DNA of 62,014 nt, filler included, from Sanchytrium tribonematis (lineage: Eukaryota): the NCBI GenBank assembly GCA_018985235.1. It is 7 parts of 7 records of this genome, joined end to end, with 100 filler letters (N's around TTAATTAATTAA, not from the genome) between each part and the next. Parts side by side here need not be neighbours in the genome. Positions count along the whole stretch, not along the records: positions 22,676 to 50,777 come from JADGIG010000058.1; positions 50,878 to 56,400 come from JADGIG010000598.1; 5 more parts are not named here. One strand, given 5' to 3'. Under the pieces are notes generated by a model that saw only the letters and a list, made by a program, of their open reading frames with translations, ran no database searches and was not told the DNA's origin. Both the position numbers and the translations under genes were made by a program. Shown here one piece after another: positions 42,706 through 53,899 of the stretch. The first letter of the stretch is position 1. Each line of letters begins with the position of its first letter.

Positions 42706-44127
42706 TTATTTTTTGTAAAGTTTTTTGATCTCTTCAATAGCAGATTGTTTGGCTTCGTCAAATTTCCTCTCTATAATTGCAATTATATCTGCCTCACGAA
42801 CTGAGCTGAATGACCCTGTTTCTGTTTTTTTCATAGTATTAGCCGGGCTGCTCTTGTTGGTGTTCAATGGCGTTTCTACTGGTTTCTGGGAAGTTACAGA
42901 GGGTGACCTATTCCGATTAGCCGTGCTAGAATTTATCAGAGCAGGTGCTGGAGCCGGTGTATTGTTGGATTTAATCGGACCAGTAGGGGCAGAAGATGGA
43001 GGAGGAGTGTTACTAGCCGGATTGTCTAAAGCAGCTTTTTTCTTTGCCATTTTGGCTGCCATTTCATCAAACATACTTCCTCCACCCCCTCCGGATTTTG
43101 GAGCTTCTTCTTGTTTTTTTGCAGCTTCTAATGGTTTTTCAGCAGGAGGAGTTGTTTTCTTCAATTTCTTGAGTGCGCTTGCCATATTGTTGCCACCATC
43201 GTCATCGTTTCCACCAGAAGGAGGGGGCGCTGGTGGTGGTGGTCCACCCATAGGTGGCGGAGGCCCGGGTGGAGGAGGTCCGCTCATTGTAGGAGGCCCA
43301 GGTGGCGGAGGGCCGGGAGGCGGAGGTCCACCCATTGAAGGAGGCCCGGGTGGAGGAGGTCCGCTCATCGAAGGAGGTCCAGGTGGAGGGGGGCCAGGAG
43401 GCGGAGGACTGCCCATTGAAGGAGGCCCAGGTGGAGGAGGACCGCTCATTGAAGGTGGACCAGGTGGAGGGGGGCCAGGAGGCGGAGGACTGCCCATTGA
43501 AGGAGGCCCAGGTGGAGGAGGGCCGGGAGGTGCTGCAACTGGAGGTCTAGGAGGGCCTGTTGGAGGAATTGATGTTGGTGGACCAGGAGCAGATATGGGT
43601 GCATTAGTCGGAGGGCCTGTTGGCGCAGAGTTTGGAGGTCTTGGTGGTCCAATTGGCGGCCCCGTAGGAGGCTGTATTGGGGAACTATTCGGATTTCCTG
43701 GTCTCTGAGGAGGTCCGGTTGGTGGCCCTGAGGGTCTCATTGATTGTGCTCCGGTCATAGTCCCACTTCGGGAGCCTGTGCCAGACTTTAACTTTTCAAT
43801 TTTTGATGTGACATGATTGCTGAAAATTAAAGCATCGGGAGCTGTTGCAAAATTAAATCCAAGAACTTGAGCCCCTTCTTGAAATTGAAAAAATTGAGCT
43901 GATAATGATTTGAATTGTGATGCTGCTGAGATTTTAACTTGTAAAAGTAACTGATTTTGTAAATTTAAGCATTTCACGTCATCCTCTAGTATTAATATTA
44001 ATGCTTGTGGAGATATAGGAACCCATTGATTCTTGTCAAAAGCAAAATTCATAACTTGAGAATAGAGAGGCATCGATTTGTTTTTGTTTGAAACGATTTT
44101 AAAGCCACGTTCCAATAAAAAATTCAT
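42706..44127 (-). CDS. Ena/VASP-like actin regulator (EVH1, polyproline, GAB, FAB, coiled coil)
   Basis: EVH1 FFQFQEGAQVLGFNFAT..DA..F; GPPPP repeats; ASALKKLKKT; GGGGGSMFDEMAAKMAKKK; C-terminal coiled coil. Confidence 0.75.
   Translation of the reverse strand: MNFLLERGFKIVSNKNKSMPLYSQVMNFAFDKNQWVPISPQALILILEDDVKCLNLQNQLLLQVKISAASQFKSLSAQFFQFQEGAQVLGFNFATAPDALIFSNHVTSKIEKLKSGTGSRSGTMTGAQSMRPSGPPTGPPQRPGNPNSSPIQPPTGPPIGPPRPPNSAPTGPPTNAPISAPGPPTSIPPTGPPRPPVAAPPGPPPPGPPSMGSPPPPGPPPPGPPSMSGPPPPGPPSMGSPPPPGPPPPGPPSMSGPPPPGPPSMGGPPPPGPPPPGPPTMSGPPPPGPPPPMGGPPPPAPPPSGGNDDDGGNNMASALKKLKKTTPPAEKPLEAAKKQEEAPKSGGGGGSMFDEMAAKMAKKKAALDNPASNTPPPSSAPTGPIKSNNTPAPAPALINSSTANRNRSPSVTSQKPVETPLNTNKSSPANTMKKTETGSFSSVREADIIAIIERKFDEAKQSAIEEIKKLYKK
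43230..43530 (-). repeat. Coding tandem repeats of GPPPPGPPSM(G/S)
   Basis: GC-rich near-identical units inside the Ena/VASP-like gene. Confidence 0.9.
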
Positions 44128-44144
44128 ATTTTTGATTTATTAAC

Positions 44145-46199
44145 TTAGTTGACGTATAGTTTAATGGTGCCATCGCTGCCAGACGAAAAAAGCCATGGTT
44201 GGGTTGGGTGAAATTCGATTGCCAAAGCACCTAACTTTAAATTTTCCAAAGGAGGATGCGCATTTCTAACGACATGGATTGGGGCAATCAAAGGATGCGT
44301 CACAAGGTCATCAAAAATTTTGCCATACATAATATAGAGATGTCCATCATCTCCGCAGGCTGTAAAAATAGGATACTTTGAATGAAATTTGACAGACTGA
44401 ATCGCAAACTCTCCAAACTTTAATGACTTGTATGGCTTATCAGAGAGTTGGGCGTCAATCCAAGTAATTTTGGGATCATAAGCTCCGAGAAGTACATGTT
44501 CACCACTAGGATGAACAGAAAGCGAGGAAACATCAGAACACCCTGAAAAATACTTTTTCGCAAAACTCTGATTGACCAAATCGTACAAAAATAAATGCTT
44601 TTCGGTACAGAGATAGATTTTTGGCGAGTTTGGATGAAATTCGGCCGCTCTAACAGCTCCCTTAATTTTTGTAAACGGATTTTGGGATGTTCGATCAGAA
44701 ATTTTATGTATAAGTATAGAAGAGTGCCCAGCCGCATTTGTGGGCGAGCATGTTAAGAAATAATCTCCTTTTCTATGCCAAGACATATTATTTACCGGGA
44801 AAGGAAAACCAAGTAAAATATATGAGCTTTCAATTCGAGATGGTCGAGCTTTCCTTTCAAACTTATCAAATGCAACGGATATCTCTTCGTCCTGGTTTTC
44901 CAGATTATCAATCTCACATTTTTTTAACCACTTGACAGATCTTGATTTTGAAAGATCGTTAGTTTTTAAAATGTCTTCTACCTTAGACTCGGAGCAATTT
45001 AAAAAATCAGTATTAGCTTTGTTGATCTTTGCGCTAATTGAGTCAGCCGATAGAATTAACACATATTTTCCAACAGAAACAGCAAAAACACTTAATTCCA
45101 ATCGAGGATTCCACTTGATACTTCGAATGCCATCAAATGATTCATCTAATATATATTTGTGTTCTAACTGTACCTCCTCTGTGTTAGACTTTAATTTTTG
45201 TCCACGAGCTTGACCATTAATTTGGAAATTCCATTTTCGGATACATCGACCACTAATAACTTCCCACATCCTAAGTTCGCCATCATCCGAGCCGGAAAGA
45301 AGCCATTGCCCACAAGGACTTGGGGCAATTGCTCTTATAGGCGCCTGGTGGCCAGCATAGATAATAGACATTGTAGATGGAAAAGGTTTCAAATTTTCGA
45401 TATCTGGTAGTTTTGGAATCAGTTCATCCGGGTCAGCAATAATTCGATCTCTTTTAACTCGAGGACATAAATAGAGGTCTAAACATCTATAAAATCTCTC
45501 TTTGAGAAAATTCTCATATGCAGGGACATGTCTCAAGCAAGAGTACTTTTGAGGAAGAAAATTGCGCTCTCTTTTTGAGTCATCCACCATCTTCCAATTT
45601 TCAATTTCTTCTTTATCAGGCAGATATTCTTGTGGAGGATTATAGCTCTCATAAGTTGAAGGGAGTTTGCTCTTAGGAGGAGCAATATAATCTGGATTTT
45701 CATCCTGTTCCTTCTCCCATAAATCTACAATTTTTAATTTAAAAGAAGATTTTTCCTTGATCAATCCTAATCTTATAGCTTTAACTAGTTTTCGAATTTT
45801 CTTTGCTTCCCATTTTGATGGCAGGAATTTTCTCTTTGGTTCTTGTATATTCAAGATCGGCAGACTTTCAATGTTTTTCTTAAAGTAACTTGAATAATCT
45901 TCATCCGGGTTGAACGAAAGGTCTCCGTATTCACCATTCTTGATCTTTGAGATAATTTGCATTTCTTCTTCGGTCATTTTCATCATAACACCCTGCCTCT
46001 CATCAGGTATACTAGTCCAGTATTCGTCCTCCATCCTTTCCATGATATTATCCAAAAGGTCTCCTGTTAATGGAACTGTATCTCTACCATTTACTTTCGC
46101 ATTTTTCCGAAGAACTTTCTCACCCTCAACATCATATCCGATATGTTCTTGACCATCGTATACGCTCATTTCAATATTTCCAACTCTGTTTGCACTCAT
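44145..46199 (-). CDS. ERB1: Ribosome biogenesis protein Erb1/BOP1
   Basis: NRVGNI, HIGYD, EPKRKFLPSKWE, ESYNPPQEYL and RCLDLYLCPR motifs plus WD40 repeats. Confidence 0.95.
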   Translation of the reverse strand: MSANRVGNIEMSVYDGQEHIGYDVEGEKVLRKNAKVNGRDTVPLTGDLLDNIMERMEDEYWTSIPDERQGVMMKMTEEEMQIISKIKNGEYGDLSFNPDEDYSSYFKKNIESLPILNIQEPKRKFLPSKWEAKKIRKLVKAIRLGLIKEKSSFKLKIVDLWEKEQDENPDYIAPPKSKLPSTYESYNPPQEYLPDKEEIENWKMVDDSKRERNFLPQKYSCLRHVPAYENFLKERFYRCLDLYLCPRVKRDRIIADPDELIPKLPDIENLKPFPSTMSIIYAGHQAPIRAIAPSPCGQWLLSGSDDGELRMWEVISGRCIRKWNFQINGQARGQKLKSNTEEVQLEHKYILDESFDGIRSIKWNPRLELSVFAVSVGKYVLILSADSISAKINKANTDFLNCSESKVEDILKTNDLSKSRSVKWLKKCEIDNLENQDEEISVAFDKFERKARPSRIESSYILLGFPFPVNNMSWHRKGDYFLTCSPTNAAGHSSILIHKISDRTSQNPFTKIKGAVRAAEFHPNSPKIYLCTEKHLFLYDLVNQSFAKKYFSGCSDVSSLSVHPSGEHVLLGAYDPKITWIDAQLSDKPYKSLKFGEFAIQSVKFHSKYPIFTACGDDGHLYIMYGKIFDDLVTHPLIAPIHVVRNAHPPLENLKLGALAIEFHPTQPWLFSSGSDGTIKLYVN

Positions 46200-46255
46200 A
46201 GAAGTCGTTGTGGTTTGATCCTGATATTTTGGGGAAATTATCAAACAAACAATTG

Positions 46256-48205
46256 ATGGAACTTTTGACGGAGCTTGAATGTTTGTTAGGAAAGGCCAAA
46301 CCGCTAAAAATTGATGGCGACAAAGCCTGTGCCTTGAAAAAATCAAAATCTTATCCCACTTTAGAAGAAATATACATTTTTTTGACAAAAGCTGTGTTAC
46401 ACAAAACTCCAATATGCACAAAAGATTGGCAACTATTGCTGGAGCAAATATCCTACCTAAGAGCCTTTCAAAAACTCGAGGTTCTGAAATTACAAGGTAA
46501 TTCTGGACTGCGGCAAATCAAAAAATCTGTAACTTCTCGCAGTTTGACAACTATGGATATGATACATAATGAAGTCAAACATAGCGTCAAGGATAGAAGA
46601 TATCACTTGAGGTGGAAAAAATGGATGTGCATGATGTGCATAAGAGAAAGTATAAATCATCCCTTGGCCTTAAAAATACGTAAAATACCAGCTGAAAATG
46701 ATGCTATGGATATCGATAACGAATTGGAAAAAGAGAAACTTATCATATCAGAATTATGCAATCAAAAATTCGATACTACTTATGATGCCGATACAACTGA
46801 TCCAGTAATTTATATAAAGACATTGGGGGAAGAAAACCCCATTACTTTAAATAAGCCTACCTATGATGACGTATTTGAGGAACTCAATTTTACCCCTCTT
46901 CCTTACATGTTGGACAGGAAAGAAATAAAGAAAAAAGGATACGAGTTAATTCCTATTGAATTCGCTGATCATGAATTGTTTGTAGATTTTGAGGATTTGA
47001 CGCCTGTTGAAGATGTGGAGACTACGAACGAGTGGTTTATGGAAGAAGATGATTTTTTACTAGAAATTTTAGAATCTTTACACTATTCTCACAAACTGTC
47101 TATAAAAAATTCTTGCTGGAGGCTTGTTACAGATATACACAATTTGCATTTTCGAAGGCCTTCAGATTTTATGGGTAAATTGCGCTCTTTTAAAGAGATT
47201 CAAAAGCGATATTTTATACTTTCAGAACAGCGGCCTTTGACTTCTTCTATGAAATTAAGAGATAGCGTCGACAAAATGTTCAATACCATCGCCATGTTTG
47301 CATCCAAAAAACCAAAGCCAATTAATCCAACAAAGAAGCAGCCATTTGCCATTGATAAATCGGACGTACAAAATCAGACACCCCAAGAAGTTGAGGCTTC
47401 AAGATTTAGTGAAAATCCTGAAGAAAATGGACAATCCGGCTCAAACCAATTCTATCAATATTTAAATCGCCCTATGACTCAGCAGCAAGTGCAAAAACGA
47501 ACCGGTAATCAAAATAGTTCTTATTCCAATCAGCCAAACCTTCAGAACAAAACTGCTGTTGAACAATGGCAAAGCTTCTTGGCACAGAGGCAATACTTGC
47601 AGTCGTATGGAGGTCAGAGGAAGTCAGAGGAAGACGATGACAAGAAGAAAAAACGAAGAAAATCAAGCACAGTTACATTGAAACAACAGCAGCAACCTGA
47701 TACCCAGTCAGAAGACAAGACGCCGCATCCTTTACAAAATCAAGTGATGTATGCAACCAATCCATCTGCTCAGGTACAGATGATGCCGATGAATATTCAA
47801 CAACAACAGCAATATATGCAAATGGCAGCTCAAATGTCCGTGCCGCAGAATATCAATCAAATCCAAATGGCTCAACAGCAGCAGCAAGCAATGCAAAATC
47901 AGCAAATACCCTCAAACTATAATAGTGCCCAAGCAATGCAATGGATGGCTCACGTTCAAAGACAAAAATATAGGCAGCAGCAACAATTTCCATCAAGTGG
48001 TGCTGTGCAGAGACCTAATGGCATGGATCTACAGCATCAAGCTGCCGTATATTCTTATCAACAAAGGCCACCATTTTATGGCCAGCAAGTGCAGTTTACT
48101 CCGCAACAAATGGCTCAACTTCAGCAGCAACAACAGCAGATTCAACAACAAGCAGCACCTCCTGCCCAGAAACCGAAGAAAAGAAAGAAAAAGAAGGATG
48201 ATTAA
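46256..48205 (+). CDS. Eaf1/Vid21-like protein (HSA-like helix, SANT/Myb-like, Q-rich tail)
   Basis: EWFMEEDDFLL...CWRLVTD...RSFKEIQKRY SANT-like pattern; Q-rich C-terminus with basic NLS. Confidence 0.55.
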   Translation: MELLTELECLLGKAKPLKIDGDKACALKKSKSYPTLEEIYIFLTKAVLHKTPICTKDWQLLLEQISYLRAFQKLEVLKLQGNSGLRQIKKSVTSRSLTTMDMIHNEVKHSVKDRRYHLRWKKWMCMMCIRESINHPLALKIRKIPAENDAMDIDNELEKEKLIISELCNQKFDTTYDADTTDPVIYIKTLGEENPITLNKPTYDDVFEELNFTPLPYMLDRKEIKKKGYELIPIEFADHELFVDFEDLTPVEDVETTNEWFMEEDDFLLEILESLHYSHKLSIKNSCWRLVTDIHNLHFRRPSDFMGKLRSFKEIQKRYFILSEQRPLTSSMKLRDSVDKMFNTIAMFASKKPKPINPTKKQPFAIDKSDVQNQTPQEVEASRFSENPEENGQSGSNQFYQYLNRPMTQQQVQKRTGNQNSSYSNQPNLQNKTAVEQWQSFLAQRQYLQSYGGQRKSEEDDDKKKKRRKSSTVTLKQQQQPDTQSEDKTPHPLQNQVMYATNPSAQVQMMPMNIQQQQQYMQMAAQMSVPQNINQIQMAQQQQQAMQNQQIPSNYNSAQAMQWMAHVQRQKYRQQQQFPSSGAVQRPNGMDLQHQAAVYSYQQRPPFYGQQVQFTPQQMAQLQQQQQQIQQQAAPPAQKPKKRKKKKDD

Positions 48206-48238
48206 ATATAACTTTTAGCTTAAACTTTAAATTGCGAA

Positions 48239-48829
48239 CTACTTAATTTTACTATTTAGAATTGCGAAGATTCTCTTCATTTTTGTATCTGCAATTCCAG
48301 GACAGTCAATCAAGTCTTCTTTTGTAGCTTTTGAAAAGTTTTTAATACTTTTAAATTTGGTGATCAGGGTTAAAGCATCGCTTTTGTTAACTCCCTTGAT
48401 GGAAGTAAGAGTTTTTTGAACTTGTTCTAGATAATCATAGTTGGACTTTGGTAGAATAAATTCTTCTCCTTTATTGGCGAAAATGCTAAATGATTCCAAA
48501 ACATTTGCGCATTCCATAATATCTGCCCCAAACATTAATCTGAAATTATGTTGAATAGTCAGCAAATATAATTCTTTCAATGTAGCTGAATAGTCTTGCA
48601 CGTCTAGTTGTACTAAAAGGATCTTTAATTTATGGGGTTGAAATTCTTTTAGTTTTTTCTCTATGAACTCAGGATGTAAACGATGATATTGAATTGATAA
48701 AAAATACACGCCTGTGTGATTGTTTGGAATAAAATCTATGGTTATGTCATCTACAAAATTGTATTGCACCTGCAAAATGTGTTTCAAAATCGGATTTTGT
48801 TCTTGTAATCGGTGAACTTGTATTGACAT
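48239..48829 (-). CDS. ERCC1: ERCC1/Rad10
   Basis: QEQNPILKHI, FLSIQYHRLHPEFI, ILLVQLD, LTSIKGVNKSDA and CPGIADTK (HhH) motifs. Confidence 0.93.
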   Translation of the reverse strand: MSIQVHRLQEQNPILKHILQVQYNFVDDITIDFIPNNHTGVYFLSIQYHRLHPEFIEKKLKEFQPHKLKILLVQLDVQDYSATLKELYLLTIQHNFRLMFGADIMECANVLESFSIFANKGEEFILPKSNYDYLEQVQKTLTSIKGVNKSDALTLITKFKSIKNFSKATKEDLIDCPGIADTKMKRIFAILNSKIK

Positions 48830-48880
48830 GGTTTAAAGGAGTTTTGTCGCGAATTTATTTAAGATCTTGGAGTTTAATAG

Positions 48881-49087
48881 CTATCTTAGCTGCCTCTCAG
48901 TGTTGGGATCATAATCCATTTTATATATTTTAGTTTTTGTAAAACTTGGTTCTTTGATAAGTTCCTCCGTAAATGGAACAAATTTATCATTTATAGCGAG
49001 ATATTCACGTGATAAGCTTTTGCTTCTAGAGTTTGATTCGTATCTTTCAATGATATCTTCTAGCCTTTCCTGAAATCTTGATCGCAT
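48881..49087 (-). CDS. Small protein with Scm3/HJURP-like N-terminal motif
   Basis: RSRFQERLEDIIERY resembles HJURP RRRFQRRMQRLIEKY; ATG preceded by AAATTT..CTCCTT like other genes here. Confidence 0.4.
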   Translation of the reverse strand: MRSRFQERLEDIIERYESNSRSKSLSREYLAINDKFVPFTEELIKEPSFTKTKIYKMDYDPNTERQLR

Positions 49088-49104
49088 GAAGGAGAATAAA
49101 TTTT

Positions 49105-50728
49105 TTATTCTGCCAAGAAGTAAGAATGTGCATCCACTAAGTTAGATAACTCGTGAATCTTTTCGAGACCACCAGGTATAGAATATAAATCTTTCGGGAA
49201 ATCCGGTTCAGATTTTGGAAGTGCCTAAATAAAAACGTATTACGAAATCAGTATCGAATAAGGAATGTGCGGACATTATCAAATGTGCAGTCAAATGATT
49301 GACTATCAGTGTTCGAAGATAGTCATCAGACAAAAACGGCTGTATATTAGATACAAATGATGCTTCTGTTGATTTAAAATCTAGCATTGCCAGGGTAATA
49401 ATTTGCTTCAGATCATCGATTCCTTTGACGACAAGACTTAGAACGTCCTCGTTGCAGTTTAGCGCATCAGACACGTGTAAAAAGCCAAGATTAGGTGAAG
49501 TGACAAAAAGCGTGTATAAACTTCCATACGTTACGTAATTTTCAAATTTCAAAGGTATGTCAGAAGGGCTTTGTAAAATTAATAACGGCATGTTATGAAA
49601 GTTTGGAAGATTGAATTTCCTATTTCCAGGCGAATCTATCATAAGAATCAATGGCTTTCTGGTAAAAGGTAACAGATCTAATGGATATAAAGCATTTGTT
49701 TCTATAGAATCTCTATCTTGAGTAGATCCAGCCGTGTCAATGCAGCTCAAACCTACATTGTAAAACGACCCGAATGCATTTAGCGCATTATCTTGAGTCT
49801 GTAGCTTTTGTGAAAAAGCATCTGAAGAAATATATACAAATAAAGTCGAGCTTGCCTGTTTAAATGCACCTGATAAAAATGTAGATAAACTAGAAAATGA
49901 GGGTCTGTAGAGCAGATATTTTTTGGGAAACGAAGGATTTGCAACAGAACTAGCACTAGAATTGCTTTTGTTCACTTCCAAAACCTGCAATATTCGATAC
50001 ATGTCAATCGTTAATTCGCTACATTTGATTTGAGATAAGTGACCTCCAATGATTAGGGATTCACCAAGAACGAGTCCTTTAGAAGGCGGATTCGATGCTG
50101 GTAGACGAAGGGAATCTATTGCTTTTGCTTGAGGGTTAGAATTCATGAGACAATGAGTAAATGCTGTAATTTCCTGCAGAACAAGATGCCACTCTTTGGC
50201 GTCATCTGATTGGAACGTATCTGAATACTGATCTATAAGCACTCTTAATTCATTATACAATTCAGTGGTCAGTTTCAAATCATTACACAACAAGCAAACA
50301 ATACAATATCTACAGTAGTATCGAAGTTTCTTCACTACCAGTGTAGGATTTTTGAGCTCAAAGAGGTTGTTAAAATATTGTCTGTCCCGAATAGCATCAT
50401 AAAATACCTTCGATTCGTATAAATATGTAGTATCAGAGGTCCTTAAATAATAATGATAATATAGCTGGCCAATTTTAGATGCTATTTCTCCAATTTCGTA
50501 TCTCTTTAGTTGGTATTCGTCATTTAAAAGTTGTCGATGCACTTGCTGAAATCTCCAAAGCCTTGAAAAAAGCTCAAATGTTTTTTGAAAATACGATTGC
50601 CACTGCTTATTCGTGCTTAATGGGCTTAGATCTCGTAACTGATTGAACAATTGATGAGATTTTTCGAGCATGTAGGTAAACTCGGAAACTATTTCGTTGC
50701 TGGCTTCCTTTGAATTTTCCTTCGACAT
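49105..50728 (-). CDS. SCAI: SCAI-family protein, intron 49225-49243
   Basis: LWRFQQVHR, LKRYEIGEIASKIGQLYYHYYLRTS, KKLRYY, KYLLYRP and LYPLDLLPFTRKPL motifs. Confidence 0.9.
49225..49243 (-). other. 19-nt spliceosomal intron (GTAATACGTTTTTATTTAG)
   Basis: Adds a 39-aa terminal exon (ALPKSEPDFP...) that fills otherwise unexplained space; matches the intron consensus. Confidence 0.85.
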
Positions 50729-50777
50729 TGTATTAAAAATTAATAGCCAAAAATTTATTTGATAATTTACTTTCTTC

Positions 50778-50877
50778 NNNNNNNNNNNNNNNNNNNNNNN
50801 NNNNNNNNNNNNNNNNNNNNNTTAATTAATTAANNNNNNNNNNNNNNNNNNNNNNNNNNNNNNNNNNNNNNNNNNNN
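50778..50877. other. Artificial contig linker
   Basis: N44-TTAATTAATTAA-N44. Confidence 0.98.
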
Positions 50878-51126
50878 TTTTCAATTTATATAATATTAAT
50901 CCATTTCTGAGTTCTGGTCTTGAAGTTAAAAGATTTTTGTTTTCGTCCACAATTTTCTCAATCTCATTTTGCATCAAGGAGCTATTACGTCGTATAACTC
51001 ACCACACAGTATTAATTTAAAATTCTTCAATCTGTCTGTCATCGATTATTTGATTTTGCACATAAATCTATTTTAAGATCAAGTTAAAACCATAAAACGA
51101 TCATTTCAAGAATTTCCCTTGTAACA

Positions 51127-53139
51127 ATGACTACGATACATCTGCCTCTTAAGAGTGATCATGATGTCCGTCCTTTGTTTATATGTCCAAATACCCACCA
51201 AATTTACTTAGAAGCCTTCTCGCCATTGGCACAGCAAACCATGGATTTTTTAATTGCAATTTCGGAACCCATCTCTCGACCTAAATTTATTCATGAATAC
51301 AAAATGACTGAACAAAGCTTAAATGCTGCTGTTAGTGTAGGACTTCAGGCGCAAGATATTTTAACTTTTTTAGAAAGGCTAAGCAAGACAACTCTGCCAC
51401 AAGATTTAATTGATTTTGTAAATGACAAAACCGAGTCATTTGGAAAAGTGAAACTTGTTCTTAAAGAAAACAGAATTTTCGTAGAAACCACCGATGCCAA
51501 AACTCTGCAACTCTTGCTGAAAGATGCTGTGATTAAAGCAGCCAGAACATATGAAAAATTCGAAATGGAAGATGACGAAGAAAGTGACGAGGATTTTATT
51601 CAGTCTTTCGAGATAAAAGGTGATCAGGTTGAAACTATTAAAAAACATTGTAAGGATATAGGCTTTCCGATGCTTGAGGAGTATGACTTTAGAAACGATA
51701 AATCTAACAAGCCACTAAATATTGATTTAAAACCAACCACTCAAATTAGGCCTTATCAAGAAAAATGTTTATCTAAAATGTTTGGAAATGGAAGAGCTAG
51801 ATCTGGCATTATTGTGCTGCCTTGTGGGGCTGGAAAAACATTAGTTGGTATTACCGCTGCTACTACAATTAAGAAAAACACATTGGTTTTGTGCACTTCT
51901 TCAGTCAGCGTCAACCAATGGAAACAGCAATTTTTACATTGGGCAAATGTCAACGATAGTCAAATAGCTGGATTTACTGCTGATTCTAAAGAATATTTTG
52001 TGACCGAAACCGGAATCGTCGTCAGCACTTATTCAATGGTCGCCAACTCCAGAAAAAGAGCATTTGATACCCAAATTGTGATGAGCAAACTCGAAAATGT
52101 CGAATGGGGGCTTGTGATTCTAGATGAAGTCCACGTTGTCCCTGCAAACATATTTAGAAAGGTTATAACGACTATTAAGGCTCACACAAAACTGGGTTTA
52201 ACTGCAACTCTCGTCCGAGAAGATGAAAAGATCGATGATTTGTCTTTTCTTATTGGCCCAAAATTATATGAAGCAAATTGGCAGGATTTAGCTAACCAGG
52301 GACACATTGCAAGAGTTCAGTGTGCAGAAGTCTGGTGTGATATGACTCCCGAATTTTATTATGAGTACCTTCGCGCTCAAAAGTCTAGGAAGCCTCTTTA
52401 TTACATTATGAATCCTCGAAAATTTCAGATTTGTCAATATCTAATCAATTACCATGAAAATCGGGGCGATAAAATCATCGTTTTCAGTGATAATGTTTTT
52501 GCTTTAGAAGTTTACGCTAAAAAATTGAGAAAGTATTATATTTATGGTGGAACTGCTACAAGAGAAAGAGAAGAGGTTCTGAGCAGATTTAGAAACGACC
52601 CTACTTGCAACACTATATTTCTTAGTAAGGTTGGAGATACTTCAATTGATTTACCCGAAGCTACATGTCTAATCCAAATTTCTAGCCATTTTGGTAGCAG
52701 AAGGCAGGAAGCGCAAAGACTTGGAAGAATTTTAAGAGCAAAACGTAGAAGTGATGAAGGTTTCAATGCTTATTTTTATACGCTTGTAAGCAGGGACACC
52801 AATGAAATGTTTTATTCTCAGAAAAGACAGCAATTTTTAGTGGATCAGGGCTATGCATTCAAAGTTATTACTCATCTAGACGGAATAGATAGTGCCAATT
52901 TATTCTTTGATACTTCTCAAGAACAGAAGGAACTTTTGAAGCTTATTATTCTCGCCACAGAATCTGATATTTCCAAACAGGATACAATGCCAGAAATGGA
53001 CGAACTGACTGAAATTTCAAACTCTGCTATAATCAAAAAAGCGACTGCTGCAATGTCTACCCTGACTGGTGCCGAAGATATGACTTACCAGGAATACAAC
53101 AAACCTGTCAAGCAACCGAAGAAGAGAAAATTTAATTAG
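51127..53139 (+). CDS. SSL2: TFIIH helicase XPB/Ssl2
   Basis: [32 protein letters not shown] and [14 protein letters not shown] motifs. Confidence 0.97.
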   Translation: MTTIHLPLKSDHDVRPLFICPNTHQIYLEAFSPLAQQTMDFLIAISEPISRPKFIHEYKMTEQSLNAAVSVGLQAQDILTFLERLSKTTLPQDLIDFVNDKTESFGKVKLVLKENRIFVETTDAKTLQLLLKDAVIKAARTYEKFEMEDDEESDEDFIQSFEIKGDQVETIKKHCKDIGFPMLEEYDFRNDKSNKPLNIDLKPTTQIRPYQEKCLSKMFGNGRARSGIIVLPCGAGKTLVGITAATTIKKNTLVLCTSSVSVNQWKQQFLHWANVNDSQIAGFTADSKEYFVTETGIVVSTYSMVANSRKRAFDTQIVMSKLENVEWGLVILDEVHVVPANIFRKVITTIKAHTKLGLTATLVREDEKIDDLSFLIGPKLYEANWQDLANQGHIARVQCAEVWCDMTPEFYYEYLRAQKSRKPLYYIMNPRKFQICQYLINYHENRGDKIIVFSDNVFALEVYAKKLRKYYIYGGTATREREEVLSRFRNDPTCNTIFLSKVGDTSIDLPEATCLIQISSHFGSRRQEAQRLGRILRAKRRSDEGFNAYFYTLVSRDTNEMFYSQKRQQFLVDQGYAFKVITHLDGIDSANLFFDTSQEQKELLKLIILATESDISKQDTMPEMDELTEISNSAIIKKATAAMSTLTGAEDMTYQEYNKPVKQPKKRKFN

Positions 53140-53312
53140 TGTCAATCATTAAATAAAAATCTATTGATTGTAGCTGTTGACATTTTAAACAGACCCGCTC
53201 ACCGCCTTGACATGATCTTTATCCGCAAGACCAGGGAAAATATAATTCACTCAACAAACGTCGCTCTAAATTTTAGATATGCTATAAAAGTAAAACATGA
53301 TTAAAATTTTAA

Positions 53313-53897
53313 ATGAATTTGATTGACAAAATTTTGACTGATCATAAAGATATAAAATCTTACAGGGATCAGTTCTTGTCTAATCTCGAAATTAATCCAA
53401 CGTTTAAGGAAAAAGTGGAGGACAAATGGTTTAATATGCTTGTTTGGGAATTAGCTCGTCATTATGTAGCTATAGAAATTGCAGTTTATCCATTGCTAGA
53501 GTCGTATGGGCCCGAAGGTCAAGAGTTAGCGTCGCTTGGAAGAGCTGCTCACCATCAATTGAAAAGAGATTTAGATCAAATTCATGACAAAGCTGATTGC
53601 TCCAAAATTAGTAAAGTCATGGATGATCTAATGGACCAGATGAAAGTTGAAGAAACCAAAGATATCCCATACTTGAAGGAAAATCTGACTGAGGACGAAT
53701 TAATAGCTGCTGGAAAAGCATTCGACTTTCGGAAAAAAATTGCTCCAACTCGAATCCACTCTTTCATACCAAATCATTCCCCCTCATTGGAAACTGCCCT
53801 GGGACTCTTTGTCAGTCCAATTGACAAATTTCGGGATCTGTTTTTAGATTTTCCTGATAACTTTGAGATCAAACATGCTAGTGACGGAATGAAGTAA
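53313..53897 (+). CDS. Hemerythrin/HHE-domain protein
   Basis: ILTDH, WELARHYVAIEIAVYP and APTRIH...PIDKFRD pattern; TATAAAA at 53284. Confidence 0.8.
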   Translation: MNLIDKILTDHKDIKSYRDQFLSNLEINPTFKEKVEDKWFNMLVWELARHYVAIEIAVYPLLESYGPEGQELASLGRAAHHQLKRDLDQIHDKADCSKISKVMDDLMDQMKVEETKDIPYLKENLTEDELIAAGKAFDFRKKIAPTRIHSFIPNHSPSLETALGLFVSPIDKFRDLFLDFPDNFEIKHASDGMK

Positions 53898-53899
53898 AT

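Noticed and set aside
42725..43708. 327-aa Gly-rich ORF on the + strand
   Set aside because: Antisense shadow of the proline-rich Ena/VASP-like gene.
39037..46421. Head-to-head coding overlaps in the ORF track (TRZ1 with 39071; ERB1 with 46208; also 30018 with 29988 and 26656 with 26655)
   Set aside because: They disappear when downstream ATG starts are used instead of the most upstream TTG/GTG/ATG.
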